Positions 13,159 through 25,844 of a DNA stretch of 64,000 bases are shown piece by piece (positions within the stretch are counted from its first letter, which is position 1; each line of letters opens with the position of its first letter). A program made the translations under genes and the position numbers. The stretch spans positions 35,588,001 through 35,652,000 of the forward strand of contig OZ024759.1 of NCBI GenBank assembly GCA_964016885.1. Reading direction: 5' to 3'. The notes under the pieces were generated by a model. It saw only the letters and a list, made by a program, of their open reading frames with translations, made no database searches and was not told the DNA's origin. Origin of the DNA: Eledone cirrhosa. Lineage: Eukaryota.

Positions 13159-14346
13159 AACCAGTCTATGTCTAACACCAGTCTATGTCTAACACCAGTC
13201 TATGACTAACACCAGTCTATGACTAACACCAGTCTATGTCTAACACCAGTCTATGACTAACACCAGTCTATGACTAACACCAGTCTATGTCTAACACCAG
13301 TCTATGTCTAACACCAGTCTATGTCTAACACCAGTCTATGACTAACACCAGTCTATGACTAACACCAGTCTATGTCTAACACCAGTCTATGACTAACACC
13401 AGTCTATGACTAACACCAGTCTATGTCTAACACCAGTCTATGTCTAACACCAGTCTATGTCTAACACCAGTCTATGACTAACACCAGTCTATGACTAACA
13501 CCAGTCTATGTCTAACACCAGTCTATGACTAACACCAGTCTATGTCTAACACCAGTCTATGTCTAACACCAGTCTATGACTAACACCAGTCTATGTCTAA
13601 CACCAGTCTATGTCTAACACCAGTCTATGACTAACACCAGTCTATGACTAACACCAGTCTATGTCTAACACCAGTCTATGACTAACACCAGTCTATGACT
13701 AACACCAGTCTATGTCTAACACCAGTCTATGACTAACACCAGTCTATGACTAACACCAGTCTATGACTAACACCAGTCTATGTCTAACACCAGTCTATGT
13801 CTAACACCAGTCTATGACTAACACCAGTCTATGACTAACACCAGTCTATGTCTAACACCAGTCTATGACTAACACCAGTCTATGTCTAACACCAGTCTAT
13901 GACTAACACCAGTCTATGACTAACACCAGTCTATGTCTAACACCAGTCTATGTCTAACACCAGTCTATGACTAACACCAGTCTATGTCTAACACCAGTCT
14001 ATGTCTAACACCAGTCTATGACTAACACCAGTCTATGTCTAACACCAGTCTATGTCTAACACCAGTCTATGACTAACACCAGTCTATGTCTAACACCAGT
14101 CTATGTCTAACACCAGTCTATGTCTAACACCAGTCTATGACTAACACCAGTCTATGACTAACACCAGTCTATGACTAACACCAGTCTATGTCTAACACCA
14201 GTCTATGTCTAACACCAGTCTATGTCTAACACCAGTCTATGACTAACACCAGTCTATGTCTAACACCAGTCTATGTCTAACACCAGTCTATGTCTAACAC
14301 CAGTCTATGACTAACACCAGTCTATGTCTAACACCAGTCTATGACT
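13159..14346. repeat. 17-bp minisatellite (ctaacaccagtctatg[a/t]), about 70 copies
   Basis: Near-perfect array with one variable position. Confidence 0.97.
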
Positions 14347-14562
14347 AGCAAAAGTATATGACTAACATTAACTTATCACTATGACTAACGTTAGTCTATT
14401 CCAAGTTTCCTTCACTACAAGATTAGTCATGTTTTCCATCAATGACCATCTCTGACTAACTCATAGATTCCTTATCTGTCATATGAATATTACACATATA
14501 CACACACACTCATAGAATCTCTCTCTCTCTCTCATACATACACACAGACAAATATATATATA

Positions 14563-14844
14563 CAGGAAAAATTCTGTTATAACCAATACTATTATAACAA
14601 ATTTTATACTATAACAATTTTTTTCAATCCCTGAGGTAATAACTGATTCTATTTTAGGCACAAGGCCAGCAATTACCCAGTGCATTACTGGTACTTTATT
14701 TTATCGACCCCGTAAGGATGAAAGGCAAGAGGTAATAACAAACAAATGTTTGATTTGTTTCGGTCAATCTCATTATAAAGAATTTGTCATTACAACGAAC
14801 TTTTTTAAAAACCCTGTGAATTTTGTTATAACGGAATTTCACTG
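14563..14844. mobile_element. pogo/Tigger-like MITE with TA target duplication, interrupted by a 5'-truncated SINE (14644-14728, minus)
   Basis: TIRs TA|CAGgaaaattctgttataac and gttataacggaatttcaCTG|TA; SINE flanked by 11-bp TSD gaggtaataac at 14633 and 14729. Confidence 0.8.
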
Positions 14845-14849
14845 TATAT

Positions 14850-15000
14850 ATCATCATCATCTTCATTTAACATCCATTTTCCACGCTAGCATGAGTTAGA
14901 CGGGAGTTGTCCCACTTGAGGCAAGGCTGGTCGGGTGACCGTGTCTCGCTCATATAGGACTATCTGGCAGGTTTTCTACGGCTGGATGCCCTTCCTAACA
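14850..15000 (-). mobile_element. SINE 3' part (ttaggaagggcatcc domain plus RTE-like (ATG)n tail)
   Basis: Homologous to 25095-25322 in reverse. Confidence 0.7.
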
Positions 15001-15025
15001 CGAGTGTATTATAGTGAATATATAT

Positions 15026-15120
15026 AATCATTAAGCCCTCCTAATATCCTGACCGAGATTGGGGTTCAATCCTGGTCTAGGGTTCAATCTCAGTCAGGAT
15101 ACTAGGAGGGCTTAATGATT
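15026..15120. mobile_element. Short fold-back element with tRNA B-box-like motifs
   Basis: About 36-bp inverted arms aatcattaagccctcctaatatcctgaccgagattg / caatctcagtcaggatactaggagggcttaatgatt; two ggttcaatc motifs. Confidence 0.65.
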
Positions 15121-15149
15121 TTATATATATATATATATATACATATATA

Positions 15150-15307
15150 TAGGAAAAAGTATGACCTCGACGGCAGAGCTCAAGCCGTTTCAACAGCTAT
15201 TTCTGGACTAAATTAGAATTCTTTTTCCTATTTCCCACTCTACTACCCTAAGTATTGAGTACTCTGGTGTGTTATGGTCCATCTGGTTCCTTACCACAAT
15301 TCCTTTG

Positions 15308-15310
<3 letters not shown>
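15150..15310. mobile_element. PLE/retrozyme-like element: inverted hammerhead 3' half plus ctctac...tattgagtac tail
   Basis: Minus: GAAACGGC-uugagcucu-GCCGUC-gagguc (stem III plus GUC site). Same family at 45015-45145 and 59487-59685; flanked by (TA)n. Confidence 0.6.
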
Positions 15311-15349
<39 letters not shown>

Positions 15350-15849
15350 AATGGCTGACTAAACATGCACAGACTTTCTCTCCAAAAATTATATTTTTTC
15401 GGTTTCTCCCCCTTCTTTCAATTTCTTCACATAACTGCTGTGTAAAGTTGTCTCCTGTGTTTTGTTTGTTTCATTTATTAACTATATATAGTTAATAAAT
15501 ATATTAATATTAAATATATAAATATTAAATATATAGGAAGTTAAATATTAAGCTCTTTACTTACTTTTTGAAACTTATTTGCAAATATTCTCTTGAAATA
15601 ACATTTGATATACTGTTGGCCCCTGTGGCCAGTTAAAAAAAGAATCATTAATTGTATTTTCTGTCCTTATCTTTTAACCACCACATAACTTCTTCTTTGA
15701 CCAGCCACACACCTCTTACACCTCACTGTCAATGTTATTCTTTCCCTAGTAGTCCCTCCTCCCACTGTCACTTCCTCTTCCTGTTATCTGGGAGCCTCCT
15801 ACTTCCTCAGTACTGTGTTAGTGCAACAGCAAATAAAAACATATTCCCA

Positions 15850-16031
15850 ATGGCAATATCAGTAGAGGGTCGGATACCACGCTTTGCAGCATAGAGTTAC
15901 GGCCCTTTATGGTCTGAGTTGAAATCCCGCCGAGGTTAACTTTGCCTTTCATCCTTACGGGATTGATAAAATAAAGTACCAGTAATACACTGGAATAATT
16001 GCTGGCCTTGTGCCAAAAGTAGAAACAATTA
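15850..16031 (+). mobile_element. tRNA-derived SINE, same family as 5885-6078
   Basis: Alignable along its full length. Confidence 0.85.
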
Positions 16032-16147
16032 TATTAACAGTTTATTACTGAAATAACTAGTGTATTAGAAATATGGTAACAAAAGGGTTAATCTCTGCTA
16101 TACTTTTAATTCTACAAGATACTTCAGTAATGTGAGTAAAGTCACAG

Positions 16148-18465
16148 CCTCCATCTCTCTCCATCTCTCATATACACCAGGTCTGAACACAGAGGAACCA
16201 AACCCCCACTGTCACTGCCAATATTTCTCCAGCTCTCTCCATCTCTCATATACACCAGGTCTGAACACAGAGGAACCAAACTCCCACTGTCACTGCCTCC
16301 ATCTCTCCAGCTCTCATCTCTCATATACACCAGGTCTGAACACAGAGGAACCAAACTCCCACTGTCACTGCCTCCATCTCTCCAGCTCTCTCCATCTCTC
16401 ATATACTCCAGGTCTGAACACAGAGGAACCAAACTCCCACTGTCACTGCCAATATCTCTCCTGCTCTCTCCATCTCTCATATACTCCAGGTCTGAACACA
16501 GAGGAACCAAACTCCCACTGTCACTGCCTCCATCTCTCCAGCTCTCATCTCTCATATACTCCAGGTCTGAACACAGAGGAACCAAACTCCCACTGTCACT
16601 GCCAATATCTCTCCAGCTCTCATCTCTCATATACTCCAGGTCTGAACACAGAGGAACCAAACCCCCACTGTCACTGCCTCTGTCTCTCCAGCTCTCATCT
16701 CTCATATACACCAGGTCTGAACACAGAGGAACCAAACCCCCACTGTTACTGCCAATATCTCTCCAGCTCTCTCCATCTCTCATATACACCAGGTCTGAAC
16801 ACAGAGGAACCAAACCCCCACTGTCACTGCCTCCATCTCTCCAGCTCTCTCCATCTCTCATATACTCCAGGTCTGAACACAGAGGAACCAAACCCCCACT
16901 GTCACTGCCAATATCTCTCCAGCTCTCATCTCTCATATACACCAGGTCTGAACACAGAGGAACCAAACCCCCACTGTCACTGCCTCCATCTCTCCAGCTC
17001 TCTCCATCTCTCATATACTCCAGGTCTGAACACAGAGGAACCAAACCCCCACTGTCACTGCCAATATCTCTCCAGCTCTCTCCATCTCTCATATACACCA
17101 GGTCTGAACACAGAGGAACCAAACCCCCACTGTCACTGCCAATATCTCTCCAGCTCTCATCTCTCATATACTCCAGGTCTGAACACAGAGGAACCAAACC
17201 CCCACTGTCACTGCCAATATCTCTCCAGCTCTCATCTCTCATATACACCAGGTCTGAACACAGAGGAACCAAACCCCCACTGTCACTGCCTCCATCTCTC
17301 CAGCTCTCTCCATCTCTCATATACTCCAGGTCTGAACACAGAGGAACCAAACCCCCACTGTCACTGCCAATATCTCTCCAGCTCTCATCTCTCATATACA
17401 CCAGGTCTGAACACAGAGGAACCAAACCCCCACTGTCACTGCCTCCATCTCTCCAGCTCTCTCCATCTCTCATATACTCCAGGTCTGAACACAGAGGAAC
17501 CAAACCCCCACTGTCACTGCCAATATCTCTCCAGCTCTCTCCATCTCTCATATACACCAGGTCTGAACACAGAGGAACCAAACCCCCACTGTCACTGCCA
17601 ATATCTCTCCAGCTCTCATCTCTCATATACTCCAGGTCTGAACACAGAGGAACCAAACCCCCACTGTCACTGCCAATATCTCTCCAGCTCTCATCTCTCA
17701 TATACACCAGGTCTGAACACAGAGGAACCAAACCCCCACTGTCACTGCCTCCATCTCTCCAGCTCTCTCCATCTCTCATATACTCCAGGTCTGAACACAG
17801 AGGAACCAAACCCCCACTGTCACTGCCAATATCTCTCCAGCTCTCATCTCTCATATACACCAGGTCTGAACACAGAGGAACCAAACCCCCACTGTCACTG
17901 CCAATATCTCTCCAGCTCTCATCTCTCATATACACCAGGTCTGAACACAGAGGAACCAAACCCCCACTGTCACTGCCTCCATCTCTCCAGCTCTCTCCAT
18001 CTCTCATATACTCCAGGTCTGAACACAGAGGAACCAAACCCCCACTGTCACTGCCAATATCTCTCCAGCTCTCATCTCTCATATACACCAGGTCTGAACA
18101 CAGAGGAACCAAACCCCCACTGTCACTGCCAATATCTCTCCAGCTCTCATCTCTCATATACACCAGGTCTGAACACAGAGGAACCAAACCCCCACTGTCA
18201 CTGCCTCCATCTCTCCAGCTCTCTCCATCTCTCATATACTCCAGGTCTGAACACAGAGGAACCAAACCCCCACTGTCACTGCCAATATCTCTCCAGCTCT
18301 CTCCATCTCTCATATACACCAGGTCTGAACACAGAGGAACCAAACCCCCACTGTCACTGCCAATATCTCTCCAGCTCTCATCTCTCATATACTCCAGGTC
18401 TGAACACAGAGGAACCAAACCCCCACTGTCACTGCCAATATCTCTCCTGCTCTCCCCATCTCTCA
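16148..18465. repeat. 75/78-bp minisatellite, about 30 copies
   Basis: Unit catctctcatatacaccaggtctgaacacagaggaaccaaacccccactgtcactgcc...; produces 780-aa and 868-aa ORFs on opposite strands. Confidence 0.97.
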
Positions 18466-18479
18466 GTATTATAAGCAAA

Positions 18480-18625
18480 TATGGGCCCATATGCTGGCCG
18501 CCCCACAGCCCTGGGGGACAGAATAGAGAAGGTTTTCGCCAGTGGAGGGTGAGGGAGACGTGTTGGAAGAGCCATTCCAGCTCGCAACGCTCACCTCCGC
18601 GGGTAGCCAATGATGATGATGATGA
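18480..18625 (+). mobile_element. Probable non-LTR retroelement 3' end with (GAT)n tail
   Basis: GC-rich island ending gtagccaa(tga)n. Confidence 0.4.
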
Positions 18626-19002
18626 CTTCTTATGTAACCACAACCACACCACCACCACTACCACAACCACACCACCACCACTACCACAACCACCACAATG
18701 CCAACCACAACCACCACAACCACAACCACCACAACCACACCACCACAACCATAACCTACACCAAAATAAAGCTAAATAAGTACAACAAAGTTAAATCAAA
18801 CACGACCCAATACATATAATACAATTACTTAACTAGAAATACTACGTTTAACATAATTAATTAATCGGTTTAAACTAACCATTTAACAATAGATTAAATC
18901 CATATTACCAAACTTAACAACAGAGACTAACACAAAACATTAGTGCAGACAAAATATTATTGTCTGCACAATAAAATGTCTTTCATTTATATTAAACATA
19001 CC

Positions 19003-20420
19003 TTAACCCTTTAGCATTTAAACCGGCCATATCCGGCCAGAATACTCTCACCTCTTTCTGTTCAAACCGGCCCTAACCGGCTGCTTATACTGATGTTAGG
19101 GTATTGTTCTCAAAATAAATAATATCATGTGAGGTAAAGCCTTTACTGTGAAAATACAATAGTATATATAGAGTAATGTAAATGTTATGTGAGATATTAT
19201 GTGAGGTAAAGCCTTTACTGTGACAATACAATAGTATATATAGAGTAGTGTAAATGTTATGTGAGATATTATGTGAGGTAAAGTCTTTACTGTGAAAATA
19301 CAATAGTAAATATAGAGTAATGTAAATGTTATGTGAGATATTATGTGAGGTAAAGCCTTTACTGTGAAAATACAATAGTATATATAGAGTAATGTAAATG
19401 TTATGTGAGATATTATGTGAGGTAAAGCCTTTACTGTAACAATACAATAGTATATATAGAGAAATGTAAATGTTATGTGAGATATTATGTGAGGTAAAGC
19501 CTTTACTGTGACAATACAATAGTATATATAGAGAAATGTAAATGTTATGTGAGATATTATGTGAGGTAAAGCCTTTACTGTGAAAATACAATAGTATATA
19601 TAGAGTAATGTAAATGTTATGTGAGGTATTATGTGAGGTAAAGCCTTTACTGTGACAATACAATAGTATATATAGAGTAGTGTAAATGTTATGTGAGATA
19701 TTATGTGAGGTAAAGCCTTTACTGTGACAATACAATAGTATATATAGAGTAATGTAAATGTTATGTGAGATATTATGTGAGGTAAAGCCTTTACTGTGAC
19801 AATACAATAGTATATATAGAGTAATGTAAATGTTATGTGAGATATTATGTGAGGTAAAGCCTTTACTGTGACAATACAATAGTATATATAGAGTAATGTA
19901 AATGTTATGTGAGATATTATGTGAGGTAAAGCCTTTACTGTGACAATACAATAGTATATATAGAGTAGTGTAAATGTTATGTGAGATATTATGTGAGGTA
20001 AAGCCTTTACTGTGACAATACAATAGTATATATAGAGTAATGTAAATGTTATGTGAGATATTATGTGAGGTAAAGCCTTTACTGTGACAATACAATAGTA
20101 TATATAGAGTAATGTAAATGTTATGTGAGATATTATGTGAGGTAAAGCCTTTACTGTGACAATACAATAGTATATATAGAGTAGTGTAAATGTTATGTGA
20201 GATATTATGTGAGGTAAAGCCTTTACTGTGACAATACAATAGTATATATAGAGTAATGTAAATGTTATGTGAGATATTATGTGAGGTAAAGCCTTTACTG
20301 TGACAATACAATAGTATATATAGAGTAATGTAAATGTTATGTGAGATATTATGTGAGGTAAAGCCTTTACTGTGACAATACAATAGTATATATAGAGTAA
20401 TGTAAATGCTAAAGGGTTAA
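19003..20420. mobile_element. piggyBac-like MITE internally expanded by a 72-bp satellite (about 18 copies, 19127-20407)
   Basis: Perfect TIR TTAACCCTTTAGCATTTA / TAAATGCTAAAGGGTTAA; single-unit relative at 472-701. Confidence 0.85.
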
Positions 20421-20718
20421 ACATACCTTGGAAAAGAAGAAAACCATTCTACCCCCCCCCCCCCCCCCCCCCCATTTAAAACCTTAGCTATATAAACACT
20501 TCATCAAACTAATGATATCCTCAGTGAACATAAGATATCTGATATCACTATATATGGGTGGCCTCCAGTGACAATGCTGAGGATAAACTGGTTGAATATC
20601 ACATATGTGATATTCTGGGTAAAAGTAAAGATATATATATATGATATCCTATGTAGACACCACATATATGATATCCTAGGTAAACATTTGTGATATCCAG
20701 GGTAAACATGGACACACT

Positions 20719-20875
20719 GGAAGAGGAAGACCGAGGTTGACATATGTTGATGCCCTAAGGACAGACCCTGGTCACTTAGAGACGCAGGACATGGCAGCGA
20801 TAATGAGGGACAGAGACCGCTGGAGAGAACTCGTCCATGGATCTCGGGAATGTTACCCGCCCTAGATAGATAGAT
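20719..20875 (+). mobile_element. RTE-clade LINE 3' fragment
   Basis: Translates GRGRPRLTYVDALRTD...AIMRDRDRWRELV..stop, then a (TAGA)n tail; typical RTE C-terminus. Sits inside degenerate gatatcctaggtaaacat repeats. Confidence 0.8.
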
Positions 20876-21177
20876 ATATATATGATAACCTAAGTAAACA
20901 GATATATATATGATATCCTAGGTAAACATATGTGATATCCTGGGTAAACATGTGATATCCTAGGTAAACATATGTGATATCCTGGGTAAACATGTGATAT
21001 CCTAGGAAAACTTTGTACATATAATATCCTACATAAACATCAGATGTGTGATACGCGGGGTAAACATCCTATATAATATCCTATGGCAGTGGTTCCCAAA
21101 ATGGCTCCCACAAAGGAGTGTCTGGGATCCCAAGAAAAAAAGGTAGAGGAGTTTATTTATATTACAACCATATAGCA

Positions 21178-21225
<48 letters not shown>

Positions 21226-21301
21226 GTATACATACATACATAAGCAAACACACACTTACAGTATGGTACATATATACACTCCTTGTGTATGAGTGTATGC
21301 A

Positions 21302-21361
<60 letters not shown>

Positions 21362-21382
21362 AATATATATACACACACACGT

Positions 21383-21415
<33 letters not shown>

Positions 21416-21659
21416 CACATATATATATACACTGTATACTATTATATATACACTCTATACCCTACCATATGGTACTCAAAAAACACCAGGAAACTCGACT
21501 GAACGACTTCAATGAAGATTAATGATATTTAAAACTTTATAATAATCCTATTACAGACATCGTTGGGGAGTGATTATAGGGGCTTTAAGACATTAATTAG
21601 CATTAATTAACATTAATTATCATGTTAATTAACACTAATCAATTCTCTGAATTGAGAGA

Positions 21660-21760
21660 TCACAGCTCCGATACTATGGACATGTGGTTAGAATGTCTCA
21701 GGAAAGAATCCCTGGAGAGTCACTCCGGGTAGAGCTGCTACTTCTCCGAATCGAGTGATC
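21660..21760 (+). mobile_element. RTE-like LINE fragments
   Basis: QLRYYGHVVRMSQERIP matches the RLRWxGHVxRM motif; followed by VELLLLRIE. Confidence 0.6.
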
Positions 21761-21798
21761 ACTTTGGTCGACCTACACTAATTTGACTTTACAATCCC

Positions 21799-21830
<32 letters not shown>

Positions 21831-21857
21831 TATATATATATACACACACATATACAC

Positions 21858-21890
<33 letters not shown>

Positions 21891-21919
21891 TATATATATG
21901 TATATATATACACACATAT

Positions 21920-22000
<81 letters not shown>

Positions 22001-22063
22001 TATATATATATATATATACACACATATGCACATATATATATATATATACACACACATATGCAC

Positions 22064-22094
<31 letters not shown>

Positions 22095-22097
22095 TAT

Positions 22098-22152
<55 letters not shown>

Positions 22153-22405
22153 CACATATACACATATATATATATATATATATATACACCCTTGTCCCAC
22201 CCTTGCAAGCAGGGAAAAGCGGACGTAAAATGATGATGATGATACACATATACACATATACACATATATATATACACATATACACATATATATACACATA
22301 TACACATATACACATATATATACACATATACACATATACACATATATATACACATATACACATATATATATATATACACATATATATATATATACACATA
22401 TACAC

Positions 22406-22436
<31 letters not shown>

Positions 22437-22569
22437 TATACACATATATATACACATATACACATATACATATATATATATATAGAGAGAGAGAGATATC
22501 AAAAATTTAATATATAAATGGCTTCTACAGAACTAGAACTGTTTCATATTTCAACTTACTATATCAACC

Positions 22570-22621
22570 GGCATTCCTGATGATTTCATATGAATGAAAC
22601 AGTTCTAGACCTGTAGAAGCC
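22570..22621 (+). ncRNA. Type I hammerhead ribozyme inside a fold-back element (22498-22780)
   Basis: GGC(A)UUC-CUGAUGA-U-UUC(auau)GAA-U-GAAA-CAG(uucuagac)CUG-UA/GAAGCC: all three stems and both core boxes present; predicted cleavage after 22615. Relatives at 29662-29720 and 40755-40941. Confidence 0.75.
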
Positions 22622-22956
22622 ATTTCTATATAAAAATTTTGATGTTTTCACTCTATTAACATATTGACTACATTATTTACTGTGGTTACCAGTACCAGTA
22701 ATGCACTGGGGTAATTGCTGGCCTTGTGCCTAAAGTAGAAACAATTATTTACTGTGGTTACCTTCGAACCTGGGTTCTACATATATGAATACATAGACAG
22801 CCATATTCCACACCCAGTGTCTCTCTCTCTCTCTCTCTCTCTCTTCTCCTCTCTCTTTCACTCCTTCTCTCTCTCTCTCTTTCACTCCCTCTCTCTCTAC
22901 GTTTTGACTTTGTTCATGACTGACTGACTACTGTCAACAACAGTTTAATTATATTG

Positions 22957-24062
22957 CCACCATCATCATCATCATCATGATCATCATCAGCAACAGCATC
23001 ACCATCACCATCACCATCACCAACATCATCATCATCACCATCACCATCACCATCACCAACATCATCATCATCACCAACACCATCACCAACATCATCACCA
23101 TCACCAACATCATCACCATCACTAACATCATCACCATCACTAATATCATCACCATCACCAACATCATCACCATCACTAACATCATCACCATCACCAACAT
23201 CATCACCATCACTAACATCATCACCATCACCAACATCATCACCATCACTAACATCATCACCATCACTAACATCATCACCATCACCAACATCATCACCATC
23301 ACTAACATCATCACCATCACCAACATCATCACCATCACTAACATCATCACCATCACTAACATCATCACCATCACCAACATCATCACCATCACTAACATCA
23401 TCACCATCACTAACATCATCACCATCACCAACATCATCACCATCACTAACATCATCACCATCACTAACATCATCACCATCACTAACATCATCACCATCAC
23501 TAACATCATCACCATCACTAACATCATCACCATCACTAACATCATCACCATCACCAACATCATCACCATCACTAACATCATCACCATCACCAACATCATC
23601 ACCATCACTAACATCATCATCTCTGCCTTTCTCGTTATCTTAGCCTTCGCTTTAGCACCACCACCCACCACCACCCACCACCACCCACCACCACCATCAC
23701 TACCACCATCATCATCACCACCACTACCACGTCATCTTCAACACTTGTCATCACCCTCATCATTACCACCATCACCACCACTACCTCACCACCACCACTA
23801 CGCCACAACCACCACCACCACTACCACCACTACACCACCACCACCACCACTACACCACCACCACCACTACCTCACCACCACCACTACACCACCACCACCA
23901 CTACCTCACCACCACCACTACACCACCACCACTACCTCACCACCACCACCCTCACCACCACCACCATCACCACCACCACCACCCTCCCCACCGCTACCAC
24001 CACCACCGTCCCCGCCGCCACCACCACCCTCCCCACCACCACCACCCTCCCCACCACCACCA
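22957..24062. repeat. (CAT/CAC)n repeats including an 18-bp unit (aacatcatcaccatcacy) and a (CCA)n tract
   Basis: Direct observation. Confidence 0.95.
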
Positions 24063-24535
24063 TATTGTTGTGTTGTGTTTAATCAATGTCTACTCCCACT
24101 CCATTGTTAAATTTATTGACGTCAAACATTGCCTCCTCTTACTACTACTTTCTCTCCCCCTCTCTCTATGAACCTCTCTATCTCCCCTCTTTCTATAACT
24201 CTTTCTCTTTATCTCTATATCTCCCCCTATCTCTCTATATATATCACTTTCTCTCCCCCTCTCTCTATAAACCTCTCTATCTCTCCCCTCTCTCTCTATA
24301 TATATCTCTACTTCTCCCCCACTCTCTATAAACCTCTCTATCTCTATATCTCCCCCTCTATAAACCTCTCTATATCTCCCCCCTCTCTATGTATCTCTCT
24401 ATCCCCCCTCTCTCTCCTTACCAACAACTTGCAAATGACAAACACACTTTCAAACGTACATACACACATATATACATACACATGTACATATACACACGCA
24501 TATACACATACACATGTATATATATATAACCCATG

Positions 24536-24587
<52 letters not shown>

Positions 24588-24686
24588 CATGGTAGGGAGA
24601 TCTTTATATAAGCGAAATTAGAGGAAAATTTTTTCCATCTGGCTTATTTATACTCCTGTAGAGTTTTTTCTCATTATATATATATA

Positions 24687-24802
24687 TGAAGAAGGGCTTA
24701 TGCCCGAAACGTCGTCCCCCACCTACCCCCCACTCTCCTGAGCGTGAATTTAATAAACATTTATTGTACTGCCTCTCTGTTCTGTCCCTGTTCAAATTTT
24801 TC

Positions 24803-24805
<3 letters not shown>
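24687..24805 (+). mobile_element. PLE-like element with 5'-clipped minimal hammerhead
   Basis: (TA)n-UGAAGA-A-GGGC(uuau)GCCC-GAAA-C-GUC, then about 90 nt of tail and (TA)n; the first core C and 5' stem I are replaced by microsatellite. Confidence 0.7.
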
Positions 24806-24846
<41 letters not shown>

Positions 24847-25094
24847 TAAATATAGATATATATGTGGCTACTTTATATATGGTATTTAGGCATGTGGTTT
24901 CAGAGATACTTAAGTTTCATGGGGTTTAGTCTTTCAGAAAGTGCATTCCATTAATGGAGACTTTTCGTCCATACTGACTATCCCGACATATATGTCACAC
25001 GACTGTGACCTCTGGCATCACGCAGTAATACAGAAGACCCGACTTCCCACGGGTACAAACCAAAGCTGAAGCATATAGACAGTATGCCGCCACA

Positions 25095-25325
25095 CCCTCC
25101 CACTGCAAAGTGGTCGTGGAGGTGCCACGGCAAAAAAGCAGCCAGCACTCACTGTAAATGAGGTTGGTGTTAGGAAGGGAGGGCATCCAGCTGTAGAAAT
25201 CAAGCCAGAATCAGTTCCCGTATGAGCAAGACAAGGTCAGCCGACTGGACACTGCACACAACAGGACAACCTGTGTAACCCATGCTAGCGTGGAAGAACG
25301 GACGTAAAACAGTGATGATGATGAT
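25095..25325 (+). mobile_element. SINE (ttaggaagggcatccagc domain, RTE-like tail cccatgctagcgtggaagaacggacgtaaaac(atg)n)
   Basis: Multiple homologous copies at 35555, 46605, 59365, 62040 and 63065. Confidence 0.8.
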
Positions 25326-25473
25326 TATATATATATATATATATCATTATAAGAAAGTGAATGATTAAGGCTCGATTTTATTCCCTGAATTCTATCTTGA
25401 GCTGTTTTTAGAGACAAGACATATGTTTGATTTTGTATCAGTCATGACACCCTTTACTTTGAAAGTAATAATA

Positions 25474-25569
<96 letters not shown>

Positions 25570-25629
25570 GGACAGGTAGATAAACAGAGGGAGATAGATA
25601 GAGGGAGAGAAAGATGGATGGATATATAT

Positions 25630-25674
<45 letters not shown>

Positions 25675-25844
25675 TATATAGATAGATAATGATTGAGTAA
25701 TTATTATTTTAAATCCCTTGAAGGCTGTGCTGTAGCATGGCCTTAGTCCAAGGAGTGGAATCAGGAAAATAATCAGAAGAATATATTTATGTTTTGTAAT
25801 ATTTCTATTAATTCAACAATATGGTGGAATATAGCTTAGTGACA

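Noticed and set aside
18943-18970. Small hairpins (also at 48502-48519, 52171-52191, 37155-37193)
   Set aside because: 7-10 bp arms are expected by chance or local repair; no further support.
19085-20424. 432/442-aa repeat ORFs
   Set aside because: 72-bp satellite inside a MITE.
21087-21135. hAT-like TIR cagtggttcccaaa
   Set aside because: No partner TIR found.
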